From assembly GCA_020724925.1 (NCBI GenBank), contig DYGC01000001.1, positions 5,228-69,227 on the forward strand: a stretch of 64,000 nucleotides of DNA, read 5' to 3'. A program made the translations under genes and the position numbers. The notes below the pieces were generated by a model. The model had not been told where the DNA came from, did not search any database, and saw only the letters and a list, made by a program, of their open reading frames with translations. Of this stretch, positions 30,356 to 40,445 are shown piece by piece. Position 1 is the stretch's first letter. Each line of letters starts with the position of its first letter. The stretch comes from Candidatus Paceibacter sp. (GTDB taxonomy: Bacteria; Patescibacteriota; Patescibacteriia; DYGC01).

Positions 30356-30697
30356 ATGAGTGATAATCAATTATACAAAATCGCGATTTTAGGATCAGAA
30401 GAGGTTGTTAAAGGTTTTAAAATTTTAGGGCTTCAAGTTTTGACACCGAGCGACGAAGGCGGTGCTGAGAAATTATTATTAGAACTTAAAAGTAAAAATG
30501 ATTGTGCGGTTTTGATTATTACCGAAGATTGGGCTGGTCGTTTGGATGGATTTCTTAAAGAAGAATTTGCCAAAGTCTCATTGCCGGCCCTGGTGGTTGT
30601 GCCGGGTTTGGGCGGGCCGAGTGGTCAAGGTTTATTGCAATTAAGGCGAGTGGTGGAACAGGCAGTTGGTAGTGATATTTTATTTAATAATAATTAA
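30356..30697 (+). CDS. atpF: V/A-type ATPase subunit F
   Basis: KIAILG-GFKILG, IITE, VEQAVGSDI. Confidence 0.9.
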   Translation: MSDNQLYKIAILGSEEVVKGFKILGLQVLTPSDEGGAEKLLLELKSKNDCAVLIITEDWAGRLDGFLKEEFAKVSLPALVVVPGLGGPSGQGLLQLRRVVEQAVGSDILFNNN

Positions 30698-30705
30698 TAA
30701 AGATT

Positions 30706-32460
30706 ATGACAGCCAAAAACAATAAGGGCGTTGTCGTCAAAATCTCCGGACCGTTGGTGGTGGCGGAAGGGCTACCGGAAGCAAGGCTTTTTGATGTGGT
30801 AAAGATCGGTGAAAAAAAATTGGTTGGTGAAATTATTAAATTGGTTGGCAGACAAGTTTTTGTGCAGGTTTATGAAGAAACTTCCGGTTTAAAACCAGGA
30901 GAAGAAGTGGAATGGATGGGTTATCCGGTATCTGTAGAGTTGGGGCCAGGCTTGTTAACTTCAATTTATGATGGTGTGCAAAGACCATTGGAAGAAATTG
31001 AAAAAATTGCACAATCCCCGTTTATTACTAAAGGCATTGAAGCACCTGGTTTAAATCGTCAAAAGAAATGGAAATTTAAAGCTTTAAAGCGGGTCGGTGA
31101 TGAAGTTGGCCCCGGAGATATTATTGGTGAGGTACCGGAAACCGAGTTGATTACTCATAAAATTATGGTTCCGCCGAAAATGTCTGGAAAAATTACAGAT
31201 ATTCAAAGTGGTGATTATACAGTGACCGAAGTGGTTGCTAAAATTGGTGATAATGAGATTAGTATGATGCAACGTTGGGGTATTCGCGAACCACGCCCCG
31301 TACAAAACAAAATGTTGGCCAGTGAACCAATGTTAACCGGACAAAGAGTCATTGACACTTTCTTTCCGTTGGTGAAGGGTGGGGCGGCTTGTATTCCTGG
31401 TCCTTTTGGTTCTGGGAAAACCGTGGTGCAACACCAATTAGCCAAGTGGGCTGATGTTGATATTGTGATTTTCATTGGTTGTGGAGAGCGTGGCAATGAG
31501 ATGACTGATGTGTTAAAAGAATTTCCGGAATTGTTAGATCCGAAATCCGGTCGTCCGTTGATGGAAAGAACCGTGTTGATTGCCAATACTTCGAATATGC
31601 CGGTGGCGGCACGCGAGGCTTCGGTGTATACGGGTATTACCATTGGTGAATATTTTAGAGATATGGGTTACAAGGTGGCTTTGATGGGTGATTCGACTTC
31701 TCGTTGGGCCGAGGCCTTGCGAGAAATTTCCGGGCGCTTGGAAGAAATGCCCGGCGAAGAAGGTTACCCGGCTTATTTAGGATCTCGAACAGCTGCTTTT
31801 TATGAACGTGCCGGTTATGTTAAATGTTTGGGGGCTGATAATCGTGATGGTTCACTGAGCGTGATCGGAGCGGTGTCACCACCGGGCGGAGATTTGTCCG
31901 AGCCGGTCACCCAAAATACCTTGCGTGTGACGAAAGTTTTTTGGGGTTTGGATTCAGCGTTGGCGTATAAACGCCATTATCCGGCAATCAATTGGTTAAG
32001 TAGTTATTCTTTGTATTTAGATAATATTGCCGATTACTCCAAGAAAAATATTGCGGAAAATTGGTTGGATTTACGTTTGGAGGCGATGTCATTATTGCAA
32101 CAAGAATCTTCTTTGGAAGAAATTGTTAAATTGGTTGGTTTGGATTCTTTGTCTACTAAAGAGCAATTGGTTTTGGAAACCGCTAAATCTTTAAGAGAAG
32201 ATTATTTACAGCAATTCGCTTTTGATGAGGTTGATACTTATACTTCCACCAAAAAGATGCATTTGATGTTGTCATTGATTTTAACTTGGCACCATGAAGC
32301 CTTGGAGGCTTTGGATCGTGGTGTAAAATTATCGGTTATTAAAGACAAGAAAAATTTGAAGGAAGGAATCGCTCGTGCCAAGTATGTTCCTGAGGTCGAG
32401 TTGGGAACTTTGGAAAAGTTATTGGAAAATATTCATTCCGAATTTAATACATTAGCTTAA
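30706..32460 (+). CDS. atpA: V/A-type ATPase subunit A (catalytic)
   Basis: GPFGSGKTV, GCGERGNEM, NTSNMPVAAREAS, EMPGEEGYPAYL. Confidence 0.98.
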   Translation: MTAKNNKGVVVKISGPLVVAEGLPEARLFDVVKIGEKKLVGEIIKLVGRQVFVQVYEETSGLKPGEEVEWMGYPVSVELGPGLLTSIYDGVQRPLEEIEKIAQSPFITKGIEAPGLNRQKKWKFKALKRVGDEVGPGDIIGEVPETELITHKIMVPPKMSGKITDIQSGDYTVTEVVAKIGDNEISMMQRWGIREPRPVQNKMLASEPMLTGQRVIDTFFPLVKGGAACIPGPFGSGKTVVQHQLAKWADVDIVIFIGCGERGNEMTDVLKEFPELLDPKSGRPLMERTVLIANTSNMPVAAREASVYTGITIGEYFRDMGYKVALMGDSTSRWAEALREISGRLEEMPGEEGYPAYLGSRTAAFYERAGYVKCLGADNRDGSLSVIGAVSPPGGDLSEPVTQNTLRVTKVFWGLDSALAYKRHYPAINWLSSYSLYLDNIADYSKKNIAENWLDLRLEAMSLLQQESSLEEIVKLVGLDSLSTKEQLVLETAKSLREDYLQQFAFDEVDTYTSTKKMHLMLSLILTWHHEALEALDRGVKLSVIKDKKNLKEGIARAKYVPEVELGTLEKLLENIHSEFNTLA

Positions 32461-32469
32461 AATAATTTT

Positions 32470-33864
32470 ATGAATACGCAATACAAAACAATTCGGGAGG
32501 TGGCTGGTCCGTTGGTGGTAGTAAAAGATGTTAAGGATGTTTGCTATGAAGAAATGGTGGAAGTGGAATTGGGAAACGGTGCACGTCGTCGCGGTCGCGT
32601 TTTGGAAGTGAGCACGGACACGGCGGTGGTGCAGATGTTTGAAAGTAGCAGTGGCATTGACGTTACCAATGCTAGCGTTAGATTTTTAGGCAAAACCATG
32701 CAGTTGGGGGTTTCTGAAGATATGTTGGGCCGTGTGTTTAATGGCGCGGCTTTACCAAAAGGTGATATGCCGGCGATTATTCCGGAAAAATATGTGGATA
32801 TTAATGGTGCCCCGATTAATCCATTTTCTCGTGATTTTCCGGATGATTTTTTCCAAACCGGCATTTCTGCGATTGATGTCTTATCAACTTTGGTGCGTGG
32901 ACAAAAACTCCCGATTTTTTCTGGGGCTGGTTTGCCACATAGTGAGTTAGCGGCACAAATCGCTCGTCAGGCAAAAGTCGTTAAGGATAATTTAAAGGGT
33001 AATGATAAGGAGAAGTTTGCGATCGTTTTTGGTGCGATGGGCGTGACCTTTGAAGAAGCGGAATTTTTTATCAATGAATTTAAAAATACCGGAGCGATTG
33101 ATCGTTCGGTTTTGTTTGTGAATTTGGCTGATGATCCGGTGGTGGAAAGAATCACCTTACCAAGAATCGCTTTATCAACTGCGGAATATTTAGCCTTTGA
33201 AAAAGGGATGCACGTTTTAGTGATTTTGACTGATTTAACTAATTATTGTGAAGCTTTGCGTGAAATTAGTGCTGCTCGTAAAGAAATTCCTGGCCGTCGC
33301 GGTTACCCCGGTTATTTATATACTGATTTGGCTAGTTTGTATGAACGTGCTGGTCGTATTAAAGGACGTACCGGTTCGGTAACGCAAATTCCGATCTTAA
33401 CAATGCCGGAGGATGATAAAACCCATCCAATTCCTGACTTGACCGGTTATATTACCGAAGGACAGATTTATGTTTCTCGTGAATTGCATCGTAAGGGAAT
33501 TTATCCACCGATTGATATTTTGCCTTCATTATCACGTTTGATGTCTAAAGGGATTGGGGAAGGTAAAACCCGCGAAGACCATTCCGGTGTCGCCAATCAA
33601 TTATTTGCTGCTTATGCTAATGGTAAACAAGCAAAAGAGTTGTCGGTGATTTTGGGTGAATCGGCCTTGAGTGAAGCGGAGCGTGCTTATGTGAAATTTG
33701 CCGATGCCTTTGAAAATCGTTTTGTTAGACAAGGAAAACATGAAGATCGTAGTATTCAGGAATCCTTGAATTTGGCTTGGGAGTTATTTGCTTTGTTGCC
33801 GAAGGATGAGTTAAAACGTTTGAAGCCGGAAATGATTGAGAAATATTTACCTAAAAACGCTTAA
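32470..33864 (+). CDS. atpB: V/A-type ATPase subunit B
   Basis: [40 protein letters not shown]. Confidence 0.98.
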   Translation: MNTQYKTIREVAGPLVVVKDVKDVCYEEMVEVELGNGARRRGRVLEVSTDTAVVQMFESSSGIDVTNASVRFLGKTMQLGVSEDMLGRVFNGAALPKGDMPAIIPEKYVDINGAPINPFSRDFPDDFFQTGISAIDVLSTLVRGQKLPIFSGAGLPHSELAAQIARQAKVVKDNLKGNDKEKFAIVFGAMGVTFEEAEFFINEFKNTGAIDRSVLFVNLADDPVVERITLPRIALSTAEYLAFEKGMHVLVILTDLTNYCEALREISAARKEIPGRRGYPGYLYTDLASLYERAGRIKGRTGSVTQIPILTMPEDDKTHPIPDLTGYITEGQIYVSRELHRKGIYPPIDILPSLSRLMSKGIGEGKTREDHSGVANQLFAAYANGKQAKELSVILGESALSEAERAYVKFADAFENRFVRQGKHEDRSIQESLNLAWELFALLPKDELKRLKPEMIEKYLPKNA

Positions 33865-33873
33865 TTTTTTATT

Positions 33874-34515
33874 ATGGCTACACGTTTAAATGTTAATCCA
33901 ACCAAACAAGAATTGCTGAAGTTAAAATTAAAGTTGAAAACGGCACAACGCGGTCACAAGCTTTTAAAAGAAAAGCGTGATGGTTTGTTAAAACATTTTA
34001 TGGCGGTGATTAAGCAAGCTCGTGATTTGCGTAATAACGTTGAGCAAGATTTGGCTAAGGGTTTTCGTTCATATTTGGTGGCGGCCGCTCAGATGAATCC
34101 GGAGTTTTTGGAAAATGCTTTGTTGGGTTCAGAAAGAAAAGTTAGTTTACGTGCTAATATCAAAAATGTGATGAGTGTTAATATCCCAGAATTTGCTTAT
34201 GAGGAAAGTGGTGATTTTTTATCTTATAGTGCAACGTTTACTTCTGCTTCTTTGGATCAGGCTATTTCCAGCTTCGCTAATAATTTAAAAGATATTGTCA
34301 GTTTGGCACAAATTGAACACTCGGCTAAGTTATTGGCAGCCGAGATTGAAAAAACTCGTCGGCGGGTTAATGCTTTGGAATATGTATCAATTCCCAACAT
34401 TATGGAGACCATTAAATATATTCAAAGCAAACTTAATGAGCAGGAACGTGGTACTTTAATTACTTTAATGAAGGTTAAAGCCAAGTTAGAGGCGGAAGCA
34501 CGGGAGGCGGTTTAA
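33874..34515 (+). CDS. atpD: V/A-type ATPase subunit D
   Basis: NPTKQEL, RGHKLLKEKRD, EIEKTRRRVNALE. Confidence 0.97.
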   Translation: MATRLNVNPTKQELLKLKLKLKTAQRGHKLLKEKRDGLLKHFMAVIKQARDLRNNVEQDLAKGFRSYLVAAAQMNPEFLENALLGSERKVSLRANIKNVMSVNIPEFAYEESGDFLSYSATFTSASLDQAISSFANNLKDIVSLAQIEHSAKLLAAEIEKTRRRVNALEYVSIPNIMETIKYIQSKLNEQERGTLITLMKVKAKLEAEAREAV

Positions 34516-34648
34516 ACTAGACTTGCCAATCTCAAAAACTTGTGTTAAATTAGACCTGCGTTTGACAAAGATCTTGGTGTGAAGATTTTTTCAACGAACT
34601 CTATTTGCTCTGTGCTCTCAATTATATTTTTTAATATTTAAGAAAACT

Positions 34649-34918
34649 ATGCCTAATTTACGAGCGGCGAAAAAGGATTTACGACAATCCAAGAAGCGCC
34701 AGGAAAGAAATGAATTGACTTACACAAAATTGCGCGATTTAATGCGTCAAACCCGTAAGTCTGCCGATGCCAAGGATGCTAAAAAGACCGAGGAATTGGT
34801 GAAGACCGCCATTAAAACCTTGGATAAAGCCGCCAAAAAGGGCTTTATGAAGAAAAATACCGTTTCCCGACGCAAAAGTATTTTGGCCCGTCGTTTAAAC
34901 GAAACCAAAAAAGCGTAA
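34649..34918 (+). CDS. rpsT: 30S ribosomal protein S20
   Basis: MPNLRAAKK, LDKAAKKG-KKNTVSRRKS. Confidence 0.95.
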   Translation: MPNLRAAKKDLRQSKKRQERNELTYTKLRDLMRQTRKSADAKDAKKTEELVKTAIKTLDKAAKKGFMKKNTVSRRKSILARRLNETKKA

Positions 34919-34929
34919 TCGTTACATAT

Positions 34930-34958
34930 AAAAAATAGGACTTTTGTCCTATTTTTTT
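34930..34958 (+). terminator. rpsT terminator
   Basis: AAAAAATAGGAC-TTTT-GTCCTATTTTTTT. Confidence 0.8.
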
Positions 34959-35048
34959 GTATTTGCGCTATTACCGGTCTTTGTTATAATTAATCTTGTA
35001 ATAAATAAAATTTATTAACGTTTTATAAATGTAAAAAATATCTAATTT

Positions 35049-35588
35049 ATGGCCAAATTAGCGAACGAAGAACAACTTATCAGGGAAGCGCAGGCAGATC
35101 AGTCCAAGTTTTCCCTGTTGTATCGGCATTACTTCGAACAGATTTACTATTTTTTGTTAGCCAAAATCCGCAACGAAGCCGACGCTGAGGATTTGACGGC
35201 AATCACTTTTGCTAAAGCTCTTAACAATTTAAAAAAGTATAAAGAAGGAAATTTTCGGGCCTGGTTATATCGTATTGCCAATAATACCTTTTTAGACTTT
35301 GTGCGTAAGGAAAATCGCATTTCTCATGATGAAGAGCAAATGATGAATTTGGAAGATACTCGTTCGGAGGATGCTAGCGAAACAGTGGATAAGGCGATGA
35401 TGTTGGATAAGGTTAAGTCTGTGATGAAAACTTTACCGGAAAAATATCAAAGTGTTTTATCGCTGAAATACTTTTCTGATATGAGTAACGGGGAAATCGC
35501 TGAAATGTTGAATTGCCGAGAAAATAATGTAGCGGTGCAACTTCATCGTGGGGTGAAGATGCTGACTGAACTTTTAAATAATAATTAA
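35049..35588 (+). CDS. ECF RNA polymerase sigma factor
   Basis: DAEDL, FRAWLYRIANN (region 2), EIAEML-LHRG (region 4). Confidence 0.93.
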   Translation: MAKLANEEQLIREAQADQSKFSLLYRHYFEQIYYFLLAKIRNEADAEDLTAITFAKALNNLKKYKEGNFRAWLYRIANNTFLDFVRKENRISHDEEQMMNLEDTRSEDASETVDKAMMLDKVKSVMKTLPEKYQSVLSLKYFSDMSNGEIAEMLNCRENNVAVQLHRGVKMLTELLNNN

Positions 35589-35600
35589 AATTTTATATAT

Positions 35601-37676
35601 ATGAAAAAATTTGACGAAAAAATGGTGGAAAACTTGCTGTTTGAAGACGGCAACGTTTCCCGTGCCACCGCCGCGCACGTCAGCGATGCCAAACGCGACG
35701 AGATTTATGAGAAGGTTTTAAGATACTCTCAAAATTTATCATTAAATGAAACAACTATGAAAGCCTCAAATTCGTGGCTGAAGAGTTTTATGTTATTGGT
35801 GAGCGGTGCCGCCATCGCCGCAATTGCCTTTTTCTCTTTTAGTTATTGGCCAGGTGATAGTGGAAAGGTTGTTGTTAGCCCGGAAGAAAATCAAGTGAGT
35901 GAAGTGGTGGTGGAGCAGGCTATTCCTTTGGCCGCAACGGTTGCTTATATTGATGGCTCTTTGAGTTTGAAAGTCGGTGAAAATTGGGAAAATTTAGCGG
36001 TTGGTGATGATTTAAAGGCCGGCGATGTAATTAAAACCGCTGCCCCCGGACGTGCCATTATTAATTTTGACGATGGTAGTGCCGTGCGTTTGGATGCCAA
36101 CACGGAAGTTTTGATTCAACAATGTGATAACGAGGCGATTGTTTTGGCTCAATCCAATGGTCAAATTTATAATCGTGTGCACAAATCCGATACTTTAGAA
36201 TTCAGTGTTTTGGGTAAAGAAACTAAAATCACTGCTATGGGTACAGCCTTTACCGTTAACATGAATCGTGCTGATCAGGTGATTATTAAAGTTTTAGAAT
36301 CAAAAGTTAAAGTGGAAGAAAAGCAAAAACAGGAAGAAGTTGTTGCCGGTGAAGTAGCCGTGGTTTATCAAAAAGAAGAAACCGTTAGCAAAAATAAATT
36401 GGCTTACGAAGAATTGCAAGATGATTTTCATCAATGGAATAAAGATGAGGATGTGAAAATTGAAGCGCCTTTGGGGGTTTTGGAGGAGGTTCCGCCGGTT
36501 TTAAAAATCAGCGCCCCCAGTGATTCTTTGGAAACTTATTCTTCCAGCGTGGAAGTTAAAGGTATGACTGATGGCGTGAAAGTTTTGGTTAATGGTGCCG
36601 AAGTGGCGGTGAGCGAGGAAAGTTTTAGCAGGGGCGTTTCTTTGTCTTTAGGTAAAAACGTTATCACTGTGAAGGCTATCAACGAGTTTGATAAGACAAC
36701 CGAAAAATCAATTATTGTTTATAAAAAGGAAAAAACCGAAGAGCCGGCTGAAAAACCTGTGAGTGCAGGCATTTCTTTAAATGGTTCAGTGGTTGATGGT
36801 AAAGTGAAATTATCTTGGTCATTGAGCAACATGACTTCTTCTCAAGGATTTAAGGTGGTCTACAATGAAAGTGGTTACCCGGTTTATCCTGGCGATACTT
36901 ACCATTATTTAACTGATTCTGGAGCACGTAGCGATGTTTGGACTGGGTTGAAAGCCGGCAAAACTTATTATTTCCGAGTGTGTGAATATTTGGGTGGTAA
37001 GTGCGGTGTTTACAGTAATCAAGTTAAAGTAACCATTCCGGCTGCTACTTCCGGCACAACCGATAATAGCAATGGTAGCATTGCTTTGTCGGGAGTTGCT
37101 TATGATGGTGGGAAAGTTCAATTGAAATGGACTTTGAGCAACATGACATCATCCCAGGGTTTCAAGGTGGTTTACAACGAAAGTGGTTATCCGGTTTATC
37201 CTGGTGATACTTATCATTATTTAAGTAGTCCTGATACTCGTAGTGATAGTTGGACCGGTTTAACTGCCGGTAAGACCTATTATTTCCGAGTTTGTGAATA
37301 TTTAGGCGGTAAGTGTGGAATTTATAGTAATCAAGTTTCATTGACTATTCCGGCAGCTGTTGAAAAACCAGCCGGGACGATTTCTTTAAGCGGTAGTGTC
37401 AGTGATAATGGTGTGGTAAGCTTGTTTTGGTCTTTATCCAACATGACTTCTGATATGGGGTTTAAGGTGGTTTACAACGAAACCGGCAATCCGGTTTACC
37501 CTGGAAACACCTATCATTATTATAGCGATGCTAGTGTACGTGGCGACATGTGGTCTGATTTGGAGCCTGGTAAAACCTATTATTTCCGAACTTGTGAATA
37601 TTTGGGTGGTAAATGCGGGGTTTATAGCAATCAGGTGAAATTGATTATTCCTGCTTTGGATCCAACCCATCAATAG
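35601..37676 (+). CDS. Anti-sigma-like protein: TM, FecR domain, Ig-like domain, three ~95-aa FN3-like repeats
   Basis: DGSAVRLDANT and GTAF FecR motifs; triple SNMTS-GFKVVYNE-YPG-YHY-KTYYFRVCEYLGGKCGVYSN repeat. Confidence 0.85.
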   Translation: MKKFDEKMVENLLFEDGNVSRATAAHVSDAKRDEIYEKVLRYSQNLSLNETTMKASNSWLKSFMLLVSGAAIAAIAFFSFSYWPGDSGKVVVSPEENQVSEVVVEQAIPLAATVAYIDGSLSLKVGENWENLAVGDDLKAGDVIKTAAPGRAIINFDDGSAVRLDANTEVLIQQCDNEAIVLAQSNGQIYNRVHKSDTLEFSVLGKETKITAMGTAFTVNMNRADQVIIKVLESKVKVEEKQKQEEVVAGEVAVVYQKEETVSKNKLAYEELQDDFHQWNKDEDVKIEAPLGVLEEVPPVLKISAPSDSLETYSSSVEVKGMTDGVKVLVNGAEVAVSEESFSRGVSLSLGKNVITVKAINEFDKTTEKSIIVYKKEKTEEPAEKPVSAGISLNGSVVDGKVKLSWSLSNMTSSQGFKVVYNESGYPVYPGDTYHYLTDSGARSDVWTGLKAGKTYYFRVCEYLGGKCGVYSNQVKVTIPAATSGTTDNSNGSIALSGVAYDGGKVQLKWTLSNMTSSQGFKVVYNESGYPVYPGDTYHYLSSPDTRSDSWTGLTAGKTYYFRVCEYLGGKCGIYSNQVSLTIPAAVEKPAGTISLSGSVSDNGVVSLFWSLSNMTSDMGFKVVYNETGNPVYPGNTYHYYSDASVRGDMWSDLEPGKTYYFRTCEYLGGKCGVYSNQVKLIIPALDPTHQ

Positions 37677-37697
37677 ATTTATATAAAGCTACTGATT

Positions 37698-37728
37698 AAA
37701 AGCATCCCGAGAAATCGGGGTGTTTTTT
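37698..37728 (+). terminator. Terminator of sigma/anti-sigma operon
   Basis: GCATCCCGA-GAAA-TCGGGGTGT plus T-run. Confidence 0.75.
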
Positions 37729-37780
37729 GTTTTGGTGATTTTTATGATACAATAATTTTAATTATATATTTTATTGATTT

Positions 37781-40120
37781 ATGAACGAAGATATTTTTTT
37801 TAGACAAATAAAACAGGGGATTGATTCGCAAAAACAAAAAAAATCACCCAAGCCGGCAACGGTTGATGAGCTGGAGCCAGCATCTGGCGAAGAGCCCAAT
37901 ATGGAGCTTAAGGATTATTGGCGTACTTTGCGTTATAATATTCAGCAACATTTGGATGGTGATCAGGTTCATGGTCAATTTGTTGAGCGTGTGAAAACCT
38001 TTAATGAGATGTTGTCGCCACAGTTAGTTGCCGAATATCAAGCCATTGTGGCTGTTTTTAAACAAAGGGCCGGAGTGAGTGATGATCATCCGCAACGCGA
38101 GTTAATTGATTTGGAAGATCAAAAATTATCTGAACAAATTGATTTATGGATTGATCATTTGTGCACTGAATTAGCCCAAAAGACTAAGGATATCGGGCCG
38201 GCTGATTTTGATGAATTAAGGGCGGAGTGTTGGATGTTTTTTGAATCAATGGTGGGTGTGATGAATACGCGGTCTTTTGTGGGTGATGTTGAACATTATT
38301 ATAAAAACAAAAGAAGGGAAAAGGCCGGTCAGGAGAAAGATAAGCAGGAGAAAGATAAGCAAGAATTACGCCATGAATTAATGGAAAAATACGGGTTTGA
38401 TAAACGTGAAACTGATTTTTTGATTGATTGGGTTAGGGTTAGTAGTGGTGGTGCTAAACAATATTCTCTAAAAATTTTAATGGATACTTTAGACCGTGTT
38501 TGGAAAGATTATCAGGTTACTGAACAAAAAGGTAAAATCGCTAAAGTTTCTTTGGGATATCTGATGGCAAAGGGAATTGAAGGATTTGCCCCATCTTTGT
38601 TTGCTAATGCCATGGTTGGAAACCAGTTTAAAGCAGAGGTTTTTTTAGAGTATCTTGGGTTGACCCAAGCAACTCGTTTGATTGATAGACAAACATCAAT
38701 TGAATTTGAAAAAGTATTAACGGAAATTAAGCATAAGGTTAATGAAAGAATTGTTTCTTCTTTGTTTTTTAGGGAATTTGAATTTATCCATGAAAAGTCA
38801 ATGGGGGAGATTTACGGTGCTTTAGATAGTGGGAAGCGTTCTACTATTGATTTATTGGGGAATATGGTTGAACAATTGGTCCCCTCAGTTTTTGGGGTAA
38901 GTGTGTCTTTGCTTTTCTTGACAATGATTCACCCTGTCTTAGGAGCAATTAGTTTGGGTAGTCTACCAATTACACTTTATGTATCACGCAAGACAAACAA
39001 AAAAATAGTGGAACTCCATAATACAGAAAGGTCAATGGGGGAGGATATTAATACCGAGGTGGAAGCTATAAAAGAAGGAATTGAGGAAGTTAAAACATCA
39101 GCGCAATCACCATTGGTGGCCAATTCTTTCAGGGATAAGCTTGATGAGTTAGATGATATTTCTTTATTGAAAAATACTCGAGGGATTGATGCTAATTGGT
39201 GGCGAAGGCTTCCTTTTGATGTGGGGTTGGCGATTTCGGCGGTGGTTGGCGGAGTAATGCAATCAAAAGGAATGATTTCCGGTGGGGCAATTGTTTCTAA
39301 TGTTTTTTATAGTGAACGATTAAATTCACCCATTACGGGGTTGATTGATTTATATTTTAATCGGTTTTCAAAAGATGTACAAAATATTAAACGCATGGAA
39401 GAGATTCTGGGGAGATATGAAACCTTAGATTTGCCAGATGGGGAAAAGGAAAAAAGTCGTGTTCCGGTTAGTAGTTTACCGAATCTTGATATTTCTATTA
39501 AAAATTTAAGTTATAAAAATATTTTGAGGGGAGTGAATTTGGAAATAAAACAGGGGGATTTTTTGGGTTTGGTTGGTATTTCCGGAGGGGGCAAGTCAAC
39601 TTTGTTGCGTAACATTGTTGGGCTGTATAAACCGGATGATGGTGTTGTTGAAGTGGGTGGGGTTAGAAATGATGGAATTAAAAAATATGGTCCTGAGTCG
39701 ATTTATTCAATTATGTCCTATTGTAATCAGAGTCCTCAAATTTTTGAGACCAAGAGCTTGCGAGAAAATTTGGTTTTATGGAGCGAAGCAGAGGTTCCTG
39801 AAGAAAAAATAATGCAGGTGTTAGATGGTCTTGGTTTGTCAAAATTAATTTCTCGTTTGAATGATCGCGCGATTAATTTGTCAGGTGGAGAAAGGGTGAG
39901 AATTGGTTTGGCAAGAACGTTGTTAAAGGGGGCGAAAATTTTGTTGTTGGATGAGCCCACGGCTAGCTTGGATTCTGAAAATACCGCCGAAGTGGTTAAG
40001 GTTATAAAAAAATTAAGGGAAAATTATCCGGAAGTGACAATCGTTTGTATTACTCATGACGAGGCCTTAAAAAAAGAAATTCCCCACTTGGTTGATATTC
40101 AGGATTTGCAATCTAAATAA
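37781..40120 (+). CDS. ABC exporter (fused TMD-NBD) with ~230-aa N-terminal extension
   Basis: GISGGGKST, LSGGE, LLLDEPT, ITH; preceding TM region. Confidence 0.9.
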   Translation: MNEDIFFRQIKQGIDSQKQKKSPKPATVDELEPASGEEPNMELKDYWRTLRYNIQQHLDGDQVHGQFVERVKTFNEMLSPQLVAEYQAIVAVFKQRAGVSDDHPQRELIDLEDQKLSEQIDLWIDHLCTELAQKTKDIGPADFDELRAECWMFFESMVGVMNTRSFVGDVEHYYKNKRREKAGQEKDKQEKDKQELRHELMEKYGFDKRETDFLIDWVRVSSGGAKQYSLKILMDTLDRVWKDYQVTEQKGKIAKVSLGYLMAKGIEGFAPSLFANAMVGNQFKAEVFLEYLGLTQATRLIDRQTSIEFEKVLTEIKHKVNERIVSSLFFREFEFIHEKSMGEIYGALDSGKRSTIDLLGNMVEQLVPSVFGVSVSLLFLTMIHPVLGAISLGSLPITLYVSRKTNKKIVELHNTERSMGEDINTEVEAIKEGIEEVKTSAQSPLVANSFRDKLDELDDISLLKNTRGIDANWWRRLPFDVGLAISAVVGGVMQSKGMISGGAIVSNVFYSERLNSPITGLIDLYFNRFSKDVQNIKRMEEILGRYETLDLPDGEKEKSRVPVSSLPNLDISIKNLSYKNILRGVNLEIKQGDFLGLVGISGGGKSTLLRNIVGLYKPDDGVVEVGGVRNDGIKKYGPESIYSIMSYCNQSPQIFETKSLRENLVLWSEAEVPEEKIMQVLDGLGLSKLISRLNDRAINLSGGERVRIGLARTLLKGAKILLLDEPTASLDSENTAEVVKVIKKLRENYPEVTIVCITHDEALKKEIPHLVDIQDLQSK

Positions 40121-40148
40121 AAAAACCGCCTCTTGGTTTGGCGGTTGA

Positions 40149-40388
40149 CTAACTGAATAGCTTGATTATTCCTTCGGCCAACAGGAGCAGGCCAGTGTTG
40201 ATCAGGAATACCTTGAACATGTTCACCCGAAGGGCTTTTAGTTTGATGAGACGATGATCATGGGCATCATCGGCTTTTAGCGTTTTTGCCGAACACAGCA
40301 AAAACGTTATCAACAACATAATCATGGCGGCCATTAAAACGGTGCCGCTGAGAATTACCAGTAACCAAGTGGCGCCGATTTCCAACAT
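40149..40388 (-). CDS. Small 2-TM hypothetical protein
   Basis: Two hydrophobic helices; strong SD GAGGAGGT. Confidence 0.6.
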   Translation of the reverse strand: MLEIGATWLLVILSGTVLMAAMIMLLITFLLCSAKTLKADDAHDHRLIKLKALRVNMFKVFLINTGLLLLAEGIIKLFS

Positions 40389-40445
40389 TTTGTTTACCTC
40401 CTCGATGGTGTAAATTTATGCTTATATTGGGAAAAAGTCAAAGAT

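Noticed and set aside
36770-37655. Diversity-generating retroelement template/variable repeats
   Set aside because: The repeats are in-frame protein domains with mostly synonymous differences; no reverse transcriptase in the window
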